DNA from: Hyphochytrium catenoides
Taxonomy: Eukaryota; Protista; Hyphochytriomycota
Reading direction: 5' to 3'
Assembly: GCA_900088475.1 (NCBI GenBank)
Contig: FLMG01002021.1
Location: 1-43,847, forward strand
DNA length: 43,847 bases
The position numbers were made by a program, and so were the translations under genes. This document shows, in pieces, positions 21,860 to 35,856 of the stretch. Below the pieces are notes generated by a model, which was not told the DNA's origin, did not search any database, and saw only the letters and a program-made list of their open reading frames with translations. Within the stretch, counting starts at the first letter, position 1. Every line of letters begins with the position of its first letter.

Positions 21860-24276
21860 TCACGTGTACTCTAATTGTCTTAACAATAATGAAGGAAAGG
21901 GAACTCTTGTAGACTGCCTTACTATCACGGGGCTGCGCAACCCTTTCCTGTCATTCCGCAAAATGTCATGAACAAGATCTCTTCCTGCACAGCGGGCGAC
22001 AACCCTCTCTACCACGAGGGAAGACCCTGACGTCCCACTGGGTTCTTCCTTCTTGTTAGCGATTTGATAGTATTTCTCCGAGTCTACTGTCGAAGTCACA
22101 CATCTGCCTGGGGTTTGCCGTTGTACTCGTCTTCATCTTCGGCTAGCAGTCTCTCCCTAACCTCTCTGGCTTGATCATCATCTACCGAGTCCTGACCTGA
22201 TCTTGTAGACCAGCTCCTGATGGGGATCAGGCCTAGAGCAATGAAGACAGCAATTAAAGCAGGAGTGGATATTGGATGAACAGTTAGTTGATGGAGTCAA
22301 AGTGCTCCTAAGCGGGACAGATGTTCTTTTACAAAAACAGAGGATAACAGACGAGTGCCAAGCATTACCTTTCTGTATAGCGGACATTAGTCCTACAGGG
22401 CTTGAGGCAACATCGTCTTCATCAGTGAGGCGTTTGCCGAAGTTCTGATTATCTTTTGACCCATCGACCAGCCCAACCCCCACATTTGATTTTGGCTCCT
22501 GTACTCTGCTCTTCTTCAAGCTGCAACAATACCGCCTGAAGAGCTCTCGATACGCTTCCCAGATTCTATCGTTCAGTCCGTAAACGCAGGCATTCAAAAA
22601 GCCCTATATTGTCATAGAGGTCAGTGTAGTTGGACTGATATCCTCATGGGAGGTATGAGGCGGGAGAGAGAAGACAGGTATGGAGAAGTGATTGCTGACA
22701 GCCAGAGGCAAAAGTTCAGTTGCCTGAGAAGGAGAGAATGGCAGATGGGGGGAGGTCCACCCAAAGGCAACCGAAGCCAAAGAAAAGGCGGATAAGGGAG
22801 CGAAGAGGCGAGCATTAGGATGTACCTGCAGTGGGTTGAAGAGGACCTCCATGAGGGCTAAGCTTGCTATAGGACGGTGGTCCTTTCGAACCACTTCCAT
22901 AGTCCGATTCACCAGGCCCCACACAGAGCACAGGAGGAATGTGGTGAGGTAAAGAAATAAGCGGTTCCTTATCCTTCCCTTGATTGGAAGGCTCGAGGTC
23001 CTCATGTTCTTGCAGAGACTGATGTAGACAAAGAAGTTGAAGAAGAACGAGAGGAGTAGAGGGAAGTAAAAAAGAGCGAACTGCTGAATGGCTCCAGTCA
23101 GCCCCCAATGGGCCGCTCGTTCATCAAAGTCGGCGATCCAGCACCTAGAGAGGGACCGTGTAAGGCAAAGAAGCAACAACAGACTTCGGGAACGAAGATG
23201 AACCTAAAGGAACGGTTCGACTGGTTTTGCACTTATGAAAACCCCCTAAGATAAGCGGTTTGCTTCTCTTACCAGGGGCGATCGTCTGTTCCTATTCCTT
23301 CTGCACCTGCTAATTGCCGAGCCAGGAGAAACAGATCCATGACTGCTGGGAGGCCCCATGCCAGAAGGTGGTAGTAGTTAACGAACCGTTCGGGGTTAGG
23401 ATGTCTGCCAACCAAGGGCAGAGAAGAAGGTCACATTCAGGTAAAAAAAGGGGTCTTGATTGGAGCCCGCATTCAGACAGAGGAGAGAGCACTGGAAGCA
23501 AACTGATGCTCACTTAAGAGGCCTCGAGGGTAACGACATAGGCACATGCGAGAAAAATGCATGCTCGATAACGAGAGTGAGCCAATTTTGATACGATGGA
23601 ATGAAGTCCAGAGAGAAGACGGACTAGAGAGGGTTAGGGAAATCGGGTAGACAAAGAGGCAGGTCAGAGCAAACAGTCTCGACTGCGATGATGTAGTTGC
23701 TACTTTTCTTACTTTCTGACGATGATCTGATACAAGTGGAAGGCGAAGCAGGACGTCCATATGTATGAAGAGAGTAAGAAAAACTCCAGAGCATAGCCTT
23801 GGATAAAGCATAGATTGGAAGGTTCCTCCGCTTCTCCTACGCCAGTCGTTCCCCTAAGTAACCAAAGACGTCAGTAACCCGTATACCGTATCGCTCCATT
23901 CCTTTCATTCCCTCTGCATACTCAACGTTATAACTCGGTGATCACTCTTCTCCCTTACCCAGGCGTCGACTTACAGGATAAATGCGACTGACGTGAAGAG
24001 GTCAGCGATGCTAAGATACAGGATAAGCCGGCGACTCACAAAGCGCTGCAGGTAGCAGAAAGAGAAATCGCATTAGGAAAAAGTTCAAGACACAAAGCTG
24101 AGCGAGAGAAGAGAGCAGATATTGCCAGACCAAAGGCCCAAGCTTCGATTTACCAAGTCTTTAACCACAAACCACGTCACGATGATGAAAATGCAGCCGA
24201 CAATGGACAGGGATGAGCTGGTGGCCAGCACTGCCAAGTAGGTCCCGCGGTTTCCAGGAAGTGCCTGCAGCATCAT
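21860..24276 (-). CDS. 7TM GPCR of the cAMP-receptor-like (Dictyostelium CAR/plant GCR1) family, multi-exon
   Basis: TM1 SSSLSIVGCIFIIVTW, TM2 RRLILYLSIADLFTS, CWI, TM5 LFYFPLL, TM6 RLFLYLTTFLLCSVWGLVNR, TM7 FNPLQ|GFLNACVYG. Confidence 0.88.
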
Positions 24277-25061
24277 TATAGAGTCGCAACGGTGGTCATC
24301 AAGCTAGGCACTCCTCCTCCTCCCCAGATGCGCACCAGGACATCAAGTCTGTACAATGCGTCTCCTTGATTGGGGAAGGGACTTCATTCCCATGTCATAC
24401 TTCTAAAGTCTTCAAACGAGCTTTCTGCCTGAGAAGCTTCAGAATGTCCCAACGACGACTAAAATTGTTTGTGTCTTCTCGTCATTTTCTTTGTTCTTCG
24501 GCTGCTCGAAATTATTCCCATCCAAGATCCATTACCCAATCCTCCTAGCAAACTCCAGGGGTAGCTCTCGCACTGGGCTCCTGGGGTAGCTCTGAGGCGT
24601 TGAATCTTTGGGGCCAGGTGGTGGTGGATTTGTTTGATGATGGCAGCTGGGCGGGCAGCTCCAGATGGATGAAAGGTCAGCGATGGACGGCGGACTGAAG
24701 CTGTAGGTGAGCTGTCCTCAAGACTCATGAGGAAGGCGTTAGCTGGCGCCTGATGAGACACACACCTACTACTCGTACCTGTTAAGAGGACGTGCCTGCG
24801 TTTATCCTGACCTCCAGGAAGGGTTTTCTTAGCCATAGCTATCCTCTGCGCTATCAGGCCACCAACACAACAACGTTGTCATCAAACCGCCATTCATATG
24901 AGCAAGGCGCGGCGAGGTATTCACCAGTGGAGTTAAGCTGTCGTACAAGCTGCGACCAATTAAAAGTTTGTTCTCTTTCCTTATACAAAATGGTATGACT
25001 TCCGTTCGCCATGTCCCCTGCATTCTACCCTCTTTAGCACCTGTAAGCTATTTAGGCTTCT

Positions 25062-26315
25062 CTACCACGTCAAAGGAATCCCTTGGGGAGTGGGATGCTC
25101 TAGAAGCCGGTTGACGAGTCGTTCGGGGTCCACCTCTACAACCATGATATCCCTATATACAGGCCTGATGAAGCCCGCCTAATGATGGCAACCAACGAGC
25201 TTTAGATAAGGGAACAATCTTTCACCAAGACCCTGGTTTCATCCAGCGTTGGTTGGACTCACCTCTATGGCATGATCAATGAACTCAAGGAATTTGTCAT
25301 AGAATCCGTTGATATTCAGGATGCCTACAGCTTTCTGGTGGATGTTGAGCTGCGTCCAGGTGATCTATAATAACAAGCAGCACGTGAGTGAAGGATGTCA
25401 TCATCACGCGGTGAGCATAGCATGGCTTCAGCCTACCATTTCCATCAGCTCTTCGAAGGTTCCATAGCTGGTCGACCACAATCACCCAAGGGCGAGGTCG
25501 GTGAAGCGATGTCGAACACGATAATAACGCTATAATGTCAGCACTTGTTCCATCTTAGCTCAATACCATAGGTTACAACTTGTCTTACCCTCCTGGAAGA
25601 GCGATAAACGCATCTGACTGGAGGAGCCAAAACAACTTGAAGTTAGCTTTTTCCGAGGTTAGCGTTTCCCGAGACGAGGACCGACGTCAGGTGCAACAAA
25701 AGTGAAGCCTGAGAAGGAGACGATGGTCAAACGAACCATATCTGACATGATCTTCTTCCGCATATGCATGGTCCTGGTAAACTGTACGCGCTCTTCTTGA
25801 ATTAGATAGCCGGCCTCACGGATTACAAGAGACTAATATTCAATGGTTAAAGGTGGTCAACGAAGCGAGAGATACAAGAGCTCATAGCATCGGCTTACAT
25901 GTGGAATAACGCCAAAGACCTTTCCTTTAGCTTCGTCAACGGCCTTCGCCACCTTCCCCATCAAACCCTACAGTAGATATCTTCAGAGATATTGCCCTCA
26001 TCACCTTTTCTTTTCCAGACTCTAGTGTACACTCACGTAGGATCCTCCTCCATAAACAAGAGAGATTCCTTTCTCAACCATAAGTCTGCCAAGCTTTTCT
26101 GCTGCCTCAGCGTAGGCTGGGTCTTTTCCCATTGACGATCCACAGAAGACGCAAAATGCAGGACCGGTGGGCTCATCTCTTCGACCGGAGAGCTCTTCAG
26201 CGGATGAAAGGGTGCCCAATCTGTTCTGGCGATATAGGACTAACGCTGCTCCTGCCGTGAGAGCCGCTCCCGTCGCTAGCATCACAGCGCCAGCGAGTTC
26301 TGTCTTTGAGGCCAT
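25062..26315 (-). CDS. LOG: LOG-family (Lonely Guy) nucleotide 5'-monophosphate phosphoribohydrolase
   Basis: [17 protein letters not shown]|[20 protein letters not shown]|[10 protein letters not shown] (PGGxGTxEE), ILNINGFYD; stop at 25062-25064. Confidence 0.92.
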
Positions 26316-26976
26316 CTCTGTGAGAGTAAGCAGGGCGTAGTACTACTCACTAGGAGGGCTAGCAAGCTCCAAGCTCTATAATCAGTCTAATGGATAGAGT
26401 TGTGGAGGAGCTGGAGAGTGATGATCCGCAAGTGAGGTGAGCGCTGTGCTTGAAACTTCTATCATCTATCATCAATCATCAGTTCTTTTCATGATGGTTC
26501 TTGAGTGGGTTGGTCCAGAGTGCAGAGGGAAGCAGCAGGGAAGGGAGTCCCGGGGGAGCACTGAAAGGGGACGCGAAAGAGCGGTGTTCAAATGATGTTC
26601 AGGGTTTGGCGGGAGAGAGATGACAAGGCAATGATCTTCATCCAGATATTCAGACGAAGATCTGCGGTCTGCAGACCAACATAGTGGAGCAACAGCTTGC
26701 TGTGCGTTATAACGGCACTCATTCTCTGACTCCTGGTCAAAACGGAGGACTGTTAAGGCTCAGATATTGAAAGGTAGTCTTACAACTGCCAGATGTTCGC
26801 CCTCCGACAAGCACACTCTATAGTTGGGACTGGTGGGCACGCTTGAAGAAGTTAGGAGGTGGTCCGCCCATCGTATTGCCCTAGCATCCCCTGCTGTGGA
26901 TCTTCTAGTGTCGCTGTGGCTCTTCTATCGTCTTTGGGACACTCCACGTGACCAGGAGCTGGATTTCTCAAGCAAA

Positions 26977-29374
26977 ATGGTGATCAAGGTGGGCGATCTT
27001 GCGCTTGCCTACCACAGAAACATGATATACGCCGCGAAGGTAAGAGAAAGGATAGTTATGCACCCCGCGTGTGGATATATGATTCAACCTTCTCCCTTCT
27101 TTGACACAATTCTCCACGTGATGGAGCTGACGTTCTTTATCGCTACCCTCTCCATACGACGGCGGATCACCCTGCCAACTTGGGCGGTTTGGTCTTTGCT
27201 GATGCAACGCTGTCCCTCTGTTCTCCGCTTCCCTTATCGTTGTTGATTCGCAATCCCAGCTCCTCTTTACCATGCTTCTGAATTGCTCTATCTTTTTTCT
27301 CCTATCTTGCAAACATCAAGCATAACCTCTCGCACTGGAAACTTATCGCTGCAGGTCCTGAAGATAGAAAAGCGGAAGAATCACAGTACGGGCGAGGAGG
27401 AAGAGACCTTCTTCGTCCACTACCAGGGCTGGAACAAGAAGTGGGACGAGTGGGTCAGTCGAGAGCGGGTTCTCGAGGACAATGAGAAGCATAGGTAAAA
27501 GCAGGCTCTAAGGCCACACTTCTTGCGTGAATAGGTAAATGAAAGGCTCCTCCACCGCTGTTAGGGAAGTGCAGAAAAGAATTAACGCTGGGGCGCTAGC
27601 TGAGGCCCAAGCCAAGAAGGAGTCTGTGAAAAAGAAGCAGAAGGAAGAACAAGGTATGCTTGTCGACGTTTTCTTACGTGGTTAGCCTCTCCCTCCTGAA
27701 TCTTATTGAGTTGTCTGCTCTCTGGCGGGATGAGCTTTTGTTCCATATGCTCACCAGACAATCTTTGTGGGTCCCTCAATCACTGCTACATAATTGCCTG
27801 TACCGTCACTTTGCCCAGCCCTCTTAGGCATATTGCATCCTCTAGTAAAGCTCACCAGATCCTATTGGATGAATTGACAGTGATAAAGTGACTGACTTGT
27901 GCCGTTAGATTCTTCTCAAGTGAAGCTCTCGAAAGTGGACATTCAGATGGACCTCGAAGAGTTAGATGATGGCAATAAGCCAAAGATACCCGTTGAGCTG
28001 CCATTCTCCTTGAAGCGGCAGCTGGTTGACGACTGGGAGGTGAGTAGTATAAGATAGCCATATAGAGGTTGATAGAGAGAGCGATCACAGCAGTAACCAC
28101 GAGACAGGAGAGACTGGGTGACAACGACGCATAATGACATAGCACTTACCGTCGTCCCCGCCTGGCACTCTAGAGAATCACTAGAGAGCCTCATCAGCTG
28201 GTACCTCTACCACGAAAGCCAACAGTTAGCGAGGTAACTCCAAATTTAGACTTTTAATAGCTGTACCGGCCCCGCCGTGCCAGGGGTCCACTCTTCTATT
28301 TCCAGTCTTGGCGAATACGCCGCATCAGCTCTTAGTCCACTTCAGCCCTGATAACTACCTTCAGAGCTAACAATATGAGCTTCTTTATTAGATTCTGAAG
28401 CAGTACCACGACTATAAAAAGCAGAAGATAGCCAGTAAACAAGGAGCGGCCATAACAAAGCCGATGAGGGTGAGTGCCCAGACTGAAAACGCGATTATTC
28501 TGCTCCTTGCCCCTCTCTTCTCACTCATCCTACAAACGGCCTGTCTAGCTGACTGAGAGCCCTTATTTGTCACTCCCCCTAGAGCGCGGGCCGGTCTGTC
28601 TAGCTAAGTGAAAGGCCCTTTGGCTATTCTTTTTGGCTGGTTTCATCTCTGTCACGTTTACCATACTTCACTCTCGGCTTGCTGCTGACCTTTCCCTTTG
28701 GCTTGTGTCTCTCCTAGGTTGTTCAAGAGGTCATTGATGGGATAAAACTATACTTTGATCGAGCTCTGCCAGTTACTCTCCTTTACCGCTATGAGCGAAA
28801 GCAGTGGGAGGACATTAGAACTAATCAGAAAGACAAAAACCCTAGTGACATTTACGGAGCAGAGCATCTACTGCGACTCTTCGGTGCGTCAGAAGTGGCT
28901 TCACGCCCTTGTCCTGTGCACCTCTTCTCTGCTGCGGTTCTGATAGAAGTCCTTAGTCTCATCTCAGTTTCAAAAACGTGTGTACCTAAGGTGGTTTCTC
29001 TACCTTCACAGTGAAGTTGCCGTATCTCCTTGCGCACACATCGCTGGATGAAAGCGAAGTAAGCCAGCTTCAGAGCTTGCTAAAAGACTTCATCAGGTAT
29101 GTCGGTTGAATCAGATACTCTTTCTTAGATCTCGTCCAGATCTAGTCAAATGTCGCCTAGTTCTCACACTCTCTTTTTCCATCGGATTCTCTTGTGCAGC
29201 TACCTCCAGAAGCATCAACCAGAGTTCTTCCTACATTCTTACTCCTCTCCCTCGACAAAGCGTCCTTTAGACGGTGCTAGTGATGACAATGCTCCTTCCA
29301 AGTCACAAAAAGTTGATACTGAAGCCATCACTAGCAAGCCTCCCAAGAGTGGTAAACCAAAGGCTCAGGGCTAA
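26977..29374 (+). CDS. EAF3: MRG15/Eaf3 chromatin protein (chromo-barrel plus MRG domain), multi-exon
   Basis: IYAAK|VLK...FFVHYQGWNKKWDEWV chromo-barrel; LKRQLVDDWE, LPRKPTV, GIKLYFDRALPVTLLYRYER, IYGAEHLLRLF|VKLP of the MRG domain. Confidence 0.93.
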
Positions 29375-29474
29375 GAAAGGACCACAGATGCCAAAAATAC
29401 CCATCCTTATTTAATAGAAAGTTTTTCGTGACCCAGCATACGACACTTTACGTCGCGTGCATCGCCGTGAAAGC

Positions 29475-32088
29475 TTAGTTCAGCACTACGTAGCCCCTCC
29501 TAGCCTTTCTAGTGTTAAGATAATACTGCACCGCCACCAAGACAACTGCCGCTGCCAAGACACCAAGAGTAAAACTGCCAAAGTGCACTCCTCCCTTAGT
29601 GATCGAAGCCGTCGGATCTGGTCTGCTAACCACCGGAATATCGGAGGACGGTTGCCCGTTCTTTTGCCTTTCCTCCCACTTCTGACCAGGCGGAAGGTGG
29701 ATGCCCCACTCTGGCTCATGTCCGGGGTAATAGTACGTGCTACCCGGCCAACCCGCGTACTCTGTAGCATTGAGCCACCATGCGGGATAGCCCAACGGTC
29801 TGGAGAGAAGGAAACAATACAATTGAGCGAGTTTAGGCAGCGCACTCATAAGTGGTGGTTAACCACTTCCGTTGAGAATCTTGCTAATCCCTCAAACCGA
29901 CACTCTCTTGCTCTAGCTATCTCCAGGTATCCCTACGTTCTGGCTGTATGTCTCATTCGTGACACTCTACTCCAGCATTGGCCCGCCTGTCCTTTTCGCC
30001 CCCCTAAAGAACTATTGGCATACCTTTGTTCCCCTGCTTTCTCCCCAGTGGTCAAGTAGCCATTCGTGAATTTTGCAATGAGCTTCCAGGCCAGACTCCA
30101 CCAGGACTTGGTCACATATTCGGCGTTATCGAGAGAGAAACTCTGCACAAGTTCAATCGCTCTCGCAGGATTAGCGCACTTTCTGCCCTTAGCCCCACAA
30201 GCAGCAAGTGCTTCCTCTTCAACACGTTTCTGCTCATCAAATGCACGTTTCTCTAGTCTTTGCTGCTCTGCCAGGATATCCGGGGTCATCGCATTGAAGC
30301 GAATGAGCCTCCAGTTGTTCACCAAATTGAAAGCCCACCAGGCCGACTTCAAGCTAAACTCGGACATCCTTCCTTCCAGCCAAGAGGCAGGGACCTCATC
30401 CTGTGACCCGTAAATTGGCTGGTAGACAGTGCCATTAGGAGTGTCATGTCCGTACCATGCAATTCCCCCAATCTATAGTAGATTAGCATTTTGTCAGTGA
30501 TCCAGGCGTGAATAATAAGCATCGTCACCTATAGACAACATACCTCATCAGGCATATCTGGCCTAGCTTGCGCAACGAAGCTAAACGTGGACCTGAAAAT
30601 CGAGATGACTCTCTCCCACCCTCCTTTGATGCCGTGGCCGTAGCCATCCCATCTGATTGGATTCTCGTATGGGCCAGCGCCAAGACCTAGAGATATAAGT
30701 GATGAGCCTTTAGACCTCTACTCGTAGTTATTCTCCCTTCCATCGCGTCGTCATGTCTCCTGTCCATGAGGACATCCTCCTCAGTTCTCTTCCATTCACA
30801 GTCATAGATGCCTCTTGCTTTCTTCTTACACATAACGTTTATCCCATACGTAGATACAACCCCCACTAATCCTTACCTTTGGTTTGGTCAAACTCTGTGC
30901 CTTCGAAGCGATCGCGGAGCAAAGACATGATATCTTGCACACTGATGAGACTATCAGGCTTGACACTGAACGGATAGCTCGGACGCTCAGGTGTCATGCC
31001 CCAGTACGGATCCAACCGTAAAGAAGGTGCAAAAGTGTCAAAAATACGCCAGTGGCGGCGGCCAGTGTAGAGGGATGGAAGCGCCTCATCCGCAGTCCCA
31101 TAGCCATAAGCTTTGAAAAAGTCGAACGGCTCCTTATCAGGGTTCCACCACCCCTCTTCGATGGCTAGGCTGTGCACATTAGGAGAAGCCATGAAATTCT
31201 TCTTGTCAGACAGGTCCATCTGTCGAATAATAAAGCTGTTGGCAGAGGCGGAGACGTGGTTGTCAGGGACTCTCTGTGCTGCCCACACAGCGCTGCTGCC
31301 GTCCTTTCCCGTCATGACATGGAATACCCAAACCTCTCCGTATTTATCCCCAATGCCCAATGTCTCTGAAGAGTCAGCATAGCCAGGATTCTTGGGATCG
31401 CCAGAGTCTGCACTCCAGAAGCCATATTTGTAGGCCAGTTCTCCCATCAACTTGACTGCACAGCGCGCACTATCGCATCTCTCCAGCGCAACTTTAGAAA
31501 GCTCATCGATGCCAAACATTGCTTTTCCCCAAGGGTCATTTAGCGGCCAACCAGCCGTTTTGGCACTCGTTGTGGTCTCCGCGATGATAAGCTGCTTATC
31601 ATTGATGAGTCCATAGTCTTGGTCCATGTAGCCATAGGTATGAGGCACCTTATACAGGGAGGTTGAGTTCACAAACAGAGGCGCAAGACGCTTTCTCAAG
31701 TTACTCACCTGGGGAATGTAGCCAAGAATGACACTCTCGTTCTCGCCCTTCTGAGGGTAGTAAGACTCACCTCGCGACTTGGAGAGCAGTCGCGGAGCTC
31801 CGTCCTGGAATCTGTAAACTGGCCTCATAGATCCCTTTGGCCAGTCAGCTGCAGGGACGCGAACCTGCAGACCAAACCCCGCCCAATGAGCACATAGCGC
31901 AGCTGTCGTAAAAGCGAAGTCCTTACCAGCCTCAAGTCAGATGCACCACCACCCGCATCGTCGGTGTGGGCGAGCATCACAGAGCCATCCGTGGTGGCCT
32001 TTCGGCCCACCATAATGAGAGTGCATGCCTCCGACCCAGTGTAAAGAAGGGTAAGGGCAAGCCCTGTCAGCAACGACATAAGCTTCAT
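29475..32088 (-). CDS. Peptidase family C69 (dipeptidase/secernin-like Ntn hydrolase) with signal peptide and C-terminal TM
   Basis: MKLMSLL...SEA then CTLIMVGRKATTDGSVMLAHTDD (N-terminal Cys nucleophile); IAETT, LERCDSARCAV, WAAQRVPD, LRDRFEGT, WERVISIFRST, WYG; C-terminal TM FTLGVLAAAVVLVAV and GYVVL. Confidence 0.92.
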
Positions 32089-32264
32089 CCTTGCAGCCAG
32101 CCACCAGCGGATGCGCGTCAAGGCTAGCGTGGCTATTAGCGGTATTGACGAAGAGCTCCCGTCGTTTTGACTCAACGCGCTTCAAGCCTTGACTGCCTCG
32201 TTGGTTGGGAGTGCAGCCTCCTGGATGGCTGGGACACGGAGAGAAGTGAAATGAGGTGTGTCCC

Positions 32265-32291
32265 NNNNNNNNNNNNNNNNNNNNNNNNNNN
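32265..32291. other. Assembly gap
   Basis: Run of N adjoining a (CT)n tract. Confidence 1.
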
Positions 32292-32335
<44 letters not shown>

Positions 32336-32425
32336 CTCTCTGTCTTTGACTCTTTCTCCATTTCCTACAATGATCTCCACCTATTTCCCTCCTCTGTCTG
32401 TTTCTCTCTCTGTCTCTCTCCCTCT
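32292..32425. repeat. (CT)n microsatellite with degenerate tail
   Basis: Directly visible. Confidence 0.9.
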
Positions 32426-33340
32426 CTTCCTCGTTCCCTTCCCTTGAAGTTATTGTGGTAACCCTGTCAAAGGCAACAGGAACTAACGGCCCCAGATAAT
32501 AATACTACCCCGAGTCCTAGGATAACACCCGTACGTCATAAACGACCTGCTCTTTCCGCTTGCAGCTGGTCAACAAGGAAGAAAGGCCACAAGCGACATA
32601 GTAATACATCACTATCAAAGGGATTAGAAGTGGTTAGTTGGTAGTAGTAATCCGAGGGGTTTCAATGTAAGAGTTATATCGAAGGTACGGCTATAACCCT
32701 TAAATCAGCGAGACAGACTAGCACGTTAGACGTTCTGAAGCTCAATAGAGATATGGAGAGAAAGCGGCGTTAACGGCTTTACTGCCTTCAGGCTAACGGT
32801 CAGCTGATCCATTCCGCTAACGGCTAAACCTAAGGTTTGCTCGAAGTTGCCCTGCCTGCAACTACTGTCTTCTTGTCTTCCTCTGTTCTTCTTGGTGCCG
32901 TCTGTCTGTCTGTCTCCTTGTGTCTGCATGCTGCTTCGGTCGCGACAGCTCAATTGATGAGCGCCAGTGTGGGCATGGACACTCTGGAGGCAAAGGATGC
33001 CAGGGCAACCTGCTGCCGCTGGTGGGTCCGTTTAGCAGAGTATAGATGAAGAGGCAGAAGTGAGACCCACAGAGCTCTGCGCCGGTATAGGCAGGAGACG
33101 AAGATCCCAGATTTCGCCGATACAAGGGAAGAGGATTTTTACGGCTTGATAGCAGATGTTATTAGGAAGCTCACACTCTTGATGGGGGTCCAAGGTTAAG
33201 TGTAGGCACTTCAGCTATTAAGGTCTCCTAGTTGAGTTCGTCAGACAGGTGGTAGGGGCTATGAAAGGCGCCACATCAGTACCATGAAAGGTGAGCTCGA
33301 CTATTTGGTGGCAATGACTAGATTATCAGGCTAAAGGCAC

Positions 33341-35856
33341 ATGGTCCCATCAGATTATCTGAGGAAGATTGAGATCTCTCCTCCTGTACTGCGAAGCAAT
33401 CTCTCCGTACTAGACTTCACCAAGCTGCTGCAGGACAGCTCCTTTCTCAATGCCTGCGTAGCTGATATTCACGAGACCCTCAAGTCACGAAAAGAGAGTA
33501 GGTTCCCCTTCCTTAGCCTGAATATCAGGTTTGGTTCTATAAGTGTAGAGGAGGCTCTAATGGTAAATGATAAGCTTCATCATACAGGTATCTCATTGGC
33601 CTTGATCTTGGCGGTCAGCATTGGGTCCATGTGATTGCGGGAGCGGTCTGTGTACAGAGTACTGCAGGTAAGCACGGTCTTAGGCCCTCGGCGGTAGCCT
33701 GATGGTAGTTAAAGGCCCTAACTAGGGAAGTTACAGGCTACATCCCCGTCGTTGGAAGTAATTCAGACCTAGAGTCCACTTGCTCTCAACATGAACTTCA
33801 AGGATCCGAAGGACTCAGAATCCCTGCGGTTGCTGAGATTACGGGCCAAAAAGTAGTCGTTTGTAAGATTTAATGCTCCTGCTGAAAACCGCGTGCATGG
33901 CCCACTAACTTGTTGCCTTACCGGCTAGTTGCGGACTGGCTTCATGAAGCTGCCTCGGTTGTGACGGTAGTTCGATGGCTCAAAGAAGCAGGTGCCCGAC
34001 TTGTAGGAGTCATAACCTTCCGCTGCACAGATGCAAGCGTGCGCAAAGTTGTGTCAGAAGTGAAGGGCTGTACTCTCTTCGAATTGTGGCCCCGAAAAAG
34101 TGGGCATCCGCCTTTGCCTCCTATTCGCACTGGCTGCCACATGATAGAGTACGTCCCAGCTAACAGACAAGGAAAAAAAGAGAGTATTCCTCCCACTGGC
34201 TCCGAGTTATCCACATATGGTCACAAGCTCGACAAGAGGAGGCGGGAGAGCGATAGCAGTGAAGGGGAGCTGGAGAAGATGGACACTGTTTATAGTGAAA
34301 GCGATCAATCTGAGGACTCTGGCACGCCCCTGCTCAATCAACAATCGTCAGAGGAGAGCACGAAAGCCTGTACCCTAGATAGGGTGATGAATAGAGAACA
34401 TTCTCAATCGGGTCAGTGTCGTGGAAGCGATGTCACGAACCGGACCGCCATTTCCCACCTTGCAACCTCAGATAGCATCGCGAAGCGTGTCTGTGTACGT
34501 CGCCCATCACTGCAGCCAGATCTCTTTCTAAGTTTGACGCTACCTTTGCGGAACGAGGGAAGCTCCTCTTCAGGTTGCAAGCCCTACGGCCCAACTCCTA
34601 GCGGAACTACCAATATAGTCTCACATAGCTCCACCAGCTACCAAGCCAATGATCCAGTTGAGGACAAACAGACCCACGCAACATCTGCAGATGGCAGCTT
34701 CTCAGTCTTCAGCGTGCTTGATGGGCATGGCGGGAATCTCGCGTCTCAGTATATGGCCAAGCACTTGCCTGCTGCTATTCTTAGAAGAGTTAGTCGAGAT
34801 CTTTCAACTGGCCAGCTCACTGCGGCTTTGAAGGAGGCATTCTTGGCATGTGATGAGGAGTTCATTGCGTACCTGACAAATTTGCCTCAAGAAGTGCGCA
34901 TGTCCAAGGGATACGCAAATGCGGGAACCTGTGCCATTGTTGCTCTGATTGGTCAGGGAAAGCTGCTAGTTGCGAACTGCGGAGATTGTCGAGCTGTACT
35001 CGGGACATACAGTTCAGGGCGCGTTTCGCGCTATGAGAAAAGAAAGGTTGACCCTGTGCTGTCCTCTAAAGCTTCACAAACGGCGACAATTGTTTCTAAA
35101 GAAGGCGGAAGGCAGCCAAGCAGGTCAGTCTATGGCGATGGAGAGGTTCAGCAACGTCAGAGAGAGGACGGCAACAAGCCCTATGACATGCCTGGAATTC
35201 GCGCAGTTCACCTATCCAATGACCACAACTGCGAAAATGCTACCGAGGCCAACCTTGTCCGAGAGAGGTCAAGGGATCGGAATGCCATTAGAGGTTCTGC
35301 AGAGGACATGAAGCACGGTGCCACCGACTATGTCAAGAGAGTAGCAGGGAGTCTCGCGGTTACTCGTGCTCTTGGCGACGCTTACTTAAAATGTGAAGCT
35401 CTGAGTCGGCCTCCATTCGCCAGCCGTGTGCCTTACATTACTGCGGAGCCGGAGGTCACAGTGCACTACATACAGCCAGAGGATCGCTTTCTTATTCTTG
35501 GAACAGATGGTCTCTGGGATATCTTAGACAGTACGCTGGCCGTCTCCATCGTTGCAGAACACCTTGAGGAAAGAGAAAAAGAGAAGCCTGCGCGCAGGGA
35601 GAGCTTCCTTGACCGGCAGGAGAAGAAAGAACCAAGCGTCAGTGAGATTCTTATCAGCCGGTGCCTTAGTAAACTCTCAAGTATCCACTCAACCACAGTA
35701 GAGAAGGTCAAGAATCTACCGAAAGGGAAGATAAGAAGGAGGCTGCATGACGACATAACGTGCAGTGTTATCGTACTCCAGAGCGGAAACGGGTCGCCGC
35801 ATGATAGAGAGCGATCCACACCCAGGGACAAGAAGGGCAGTAAAGCCGATGCATGA
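33341..35856 (+). CDS. PP2C/PPM phosphatase fused to an N-terminal degenerate type I phosphoribosyltransferase (APRT-like) domain
   Basis: PP2C motifs VED, VLDGHGG, GTCA, VANCGDCRAVL, LSNDH, LAVTRALGD, ILGTDGLWD, HDDIT. N-terminal exons VLDFTKLLQD, YLIGLDLGG, GQKVVV..VADWLHEAAS..LKEAGARLVGV resemble APRT. Confidence 0.85.

Noticed and set aside
29457-30059. 200-aa plus-strand ORF
   Set aside because: It is antisense to the last exons of the C69 peptidase.
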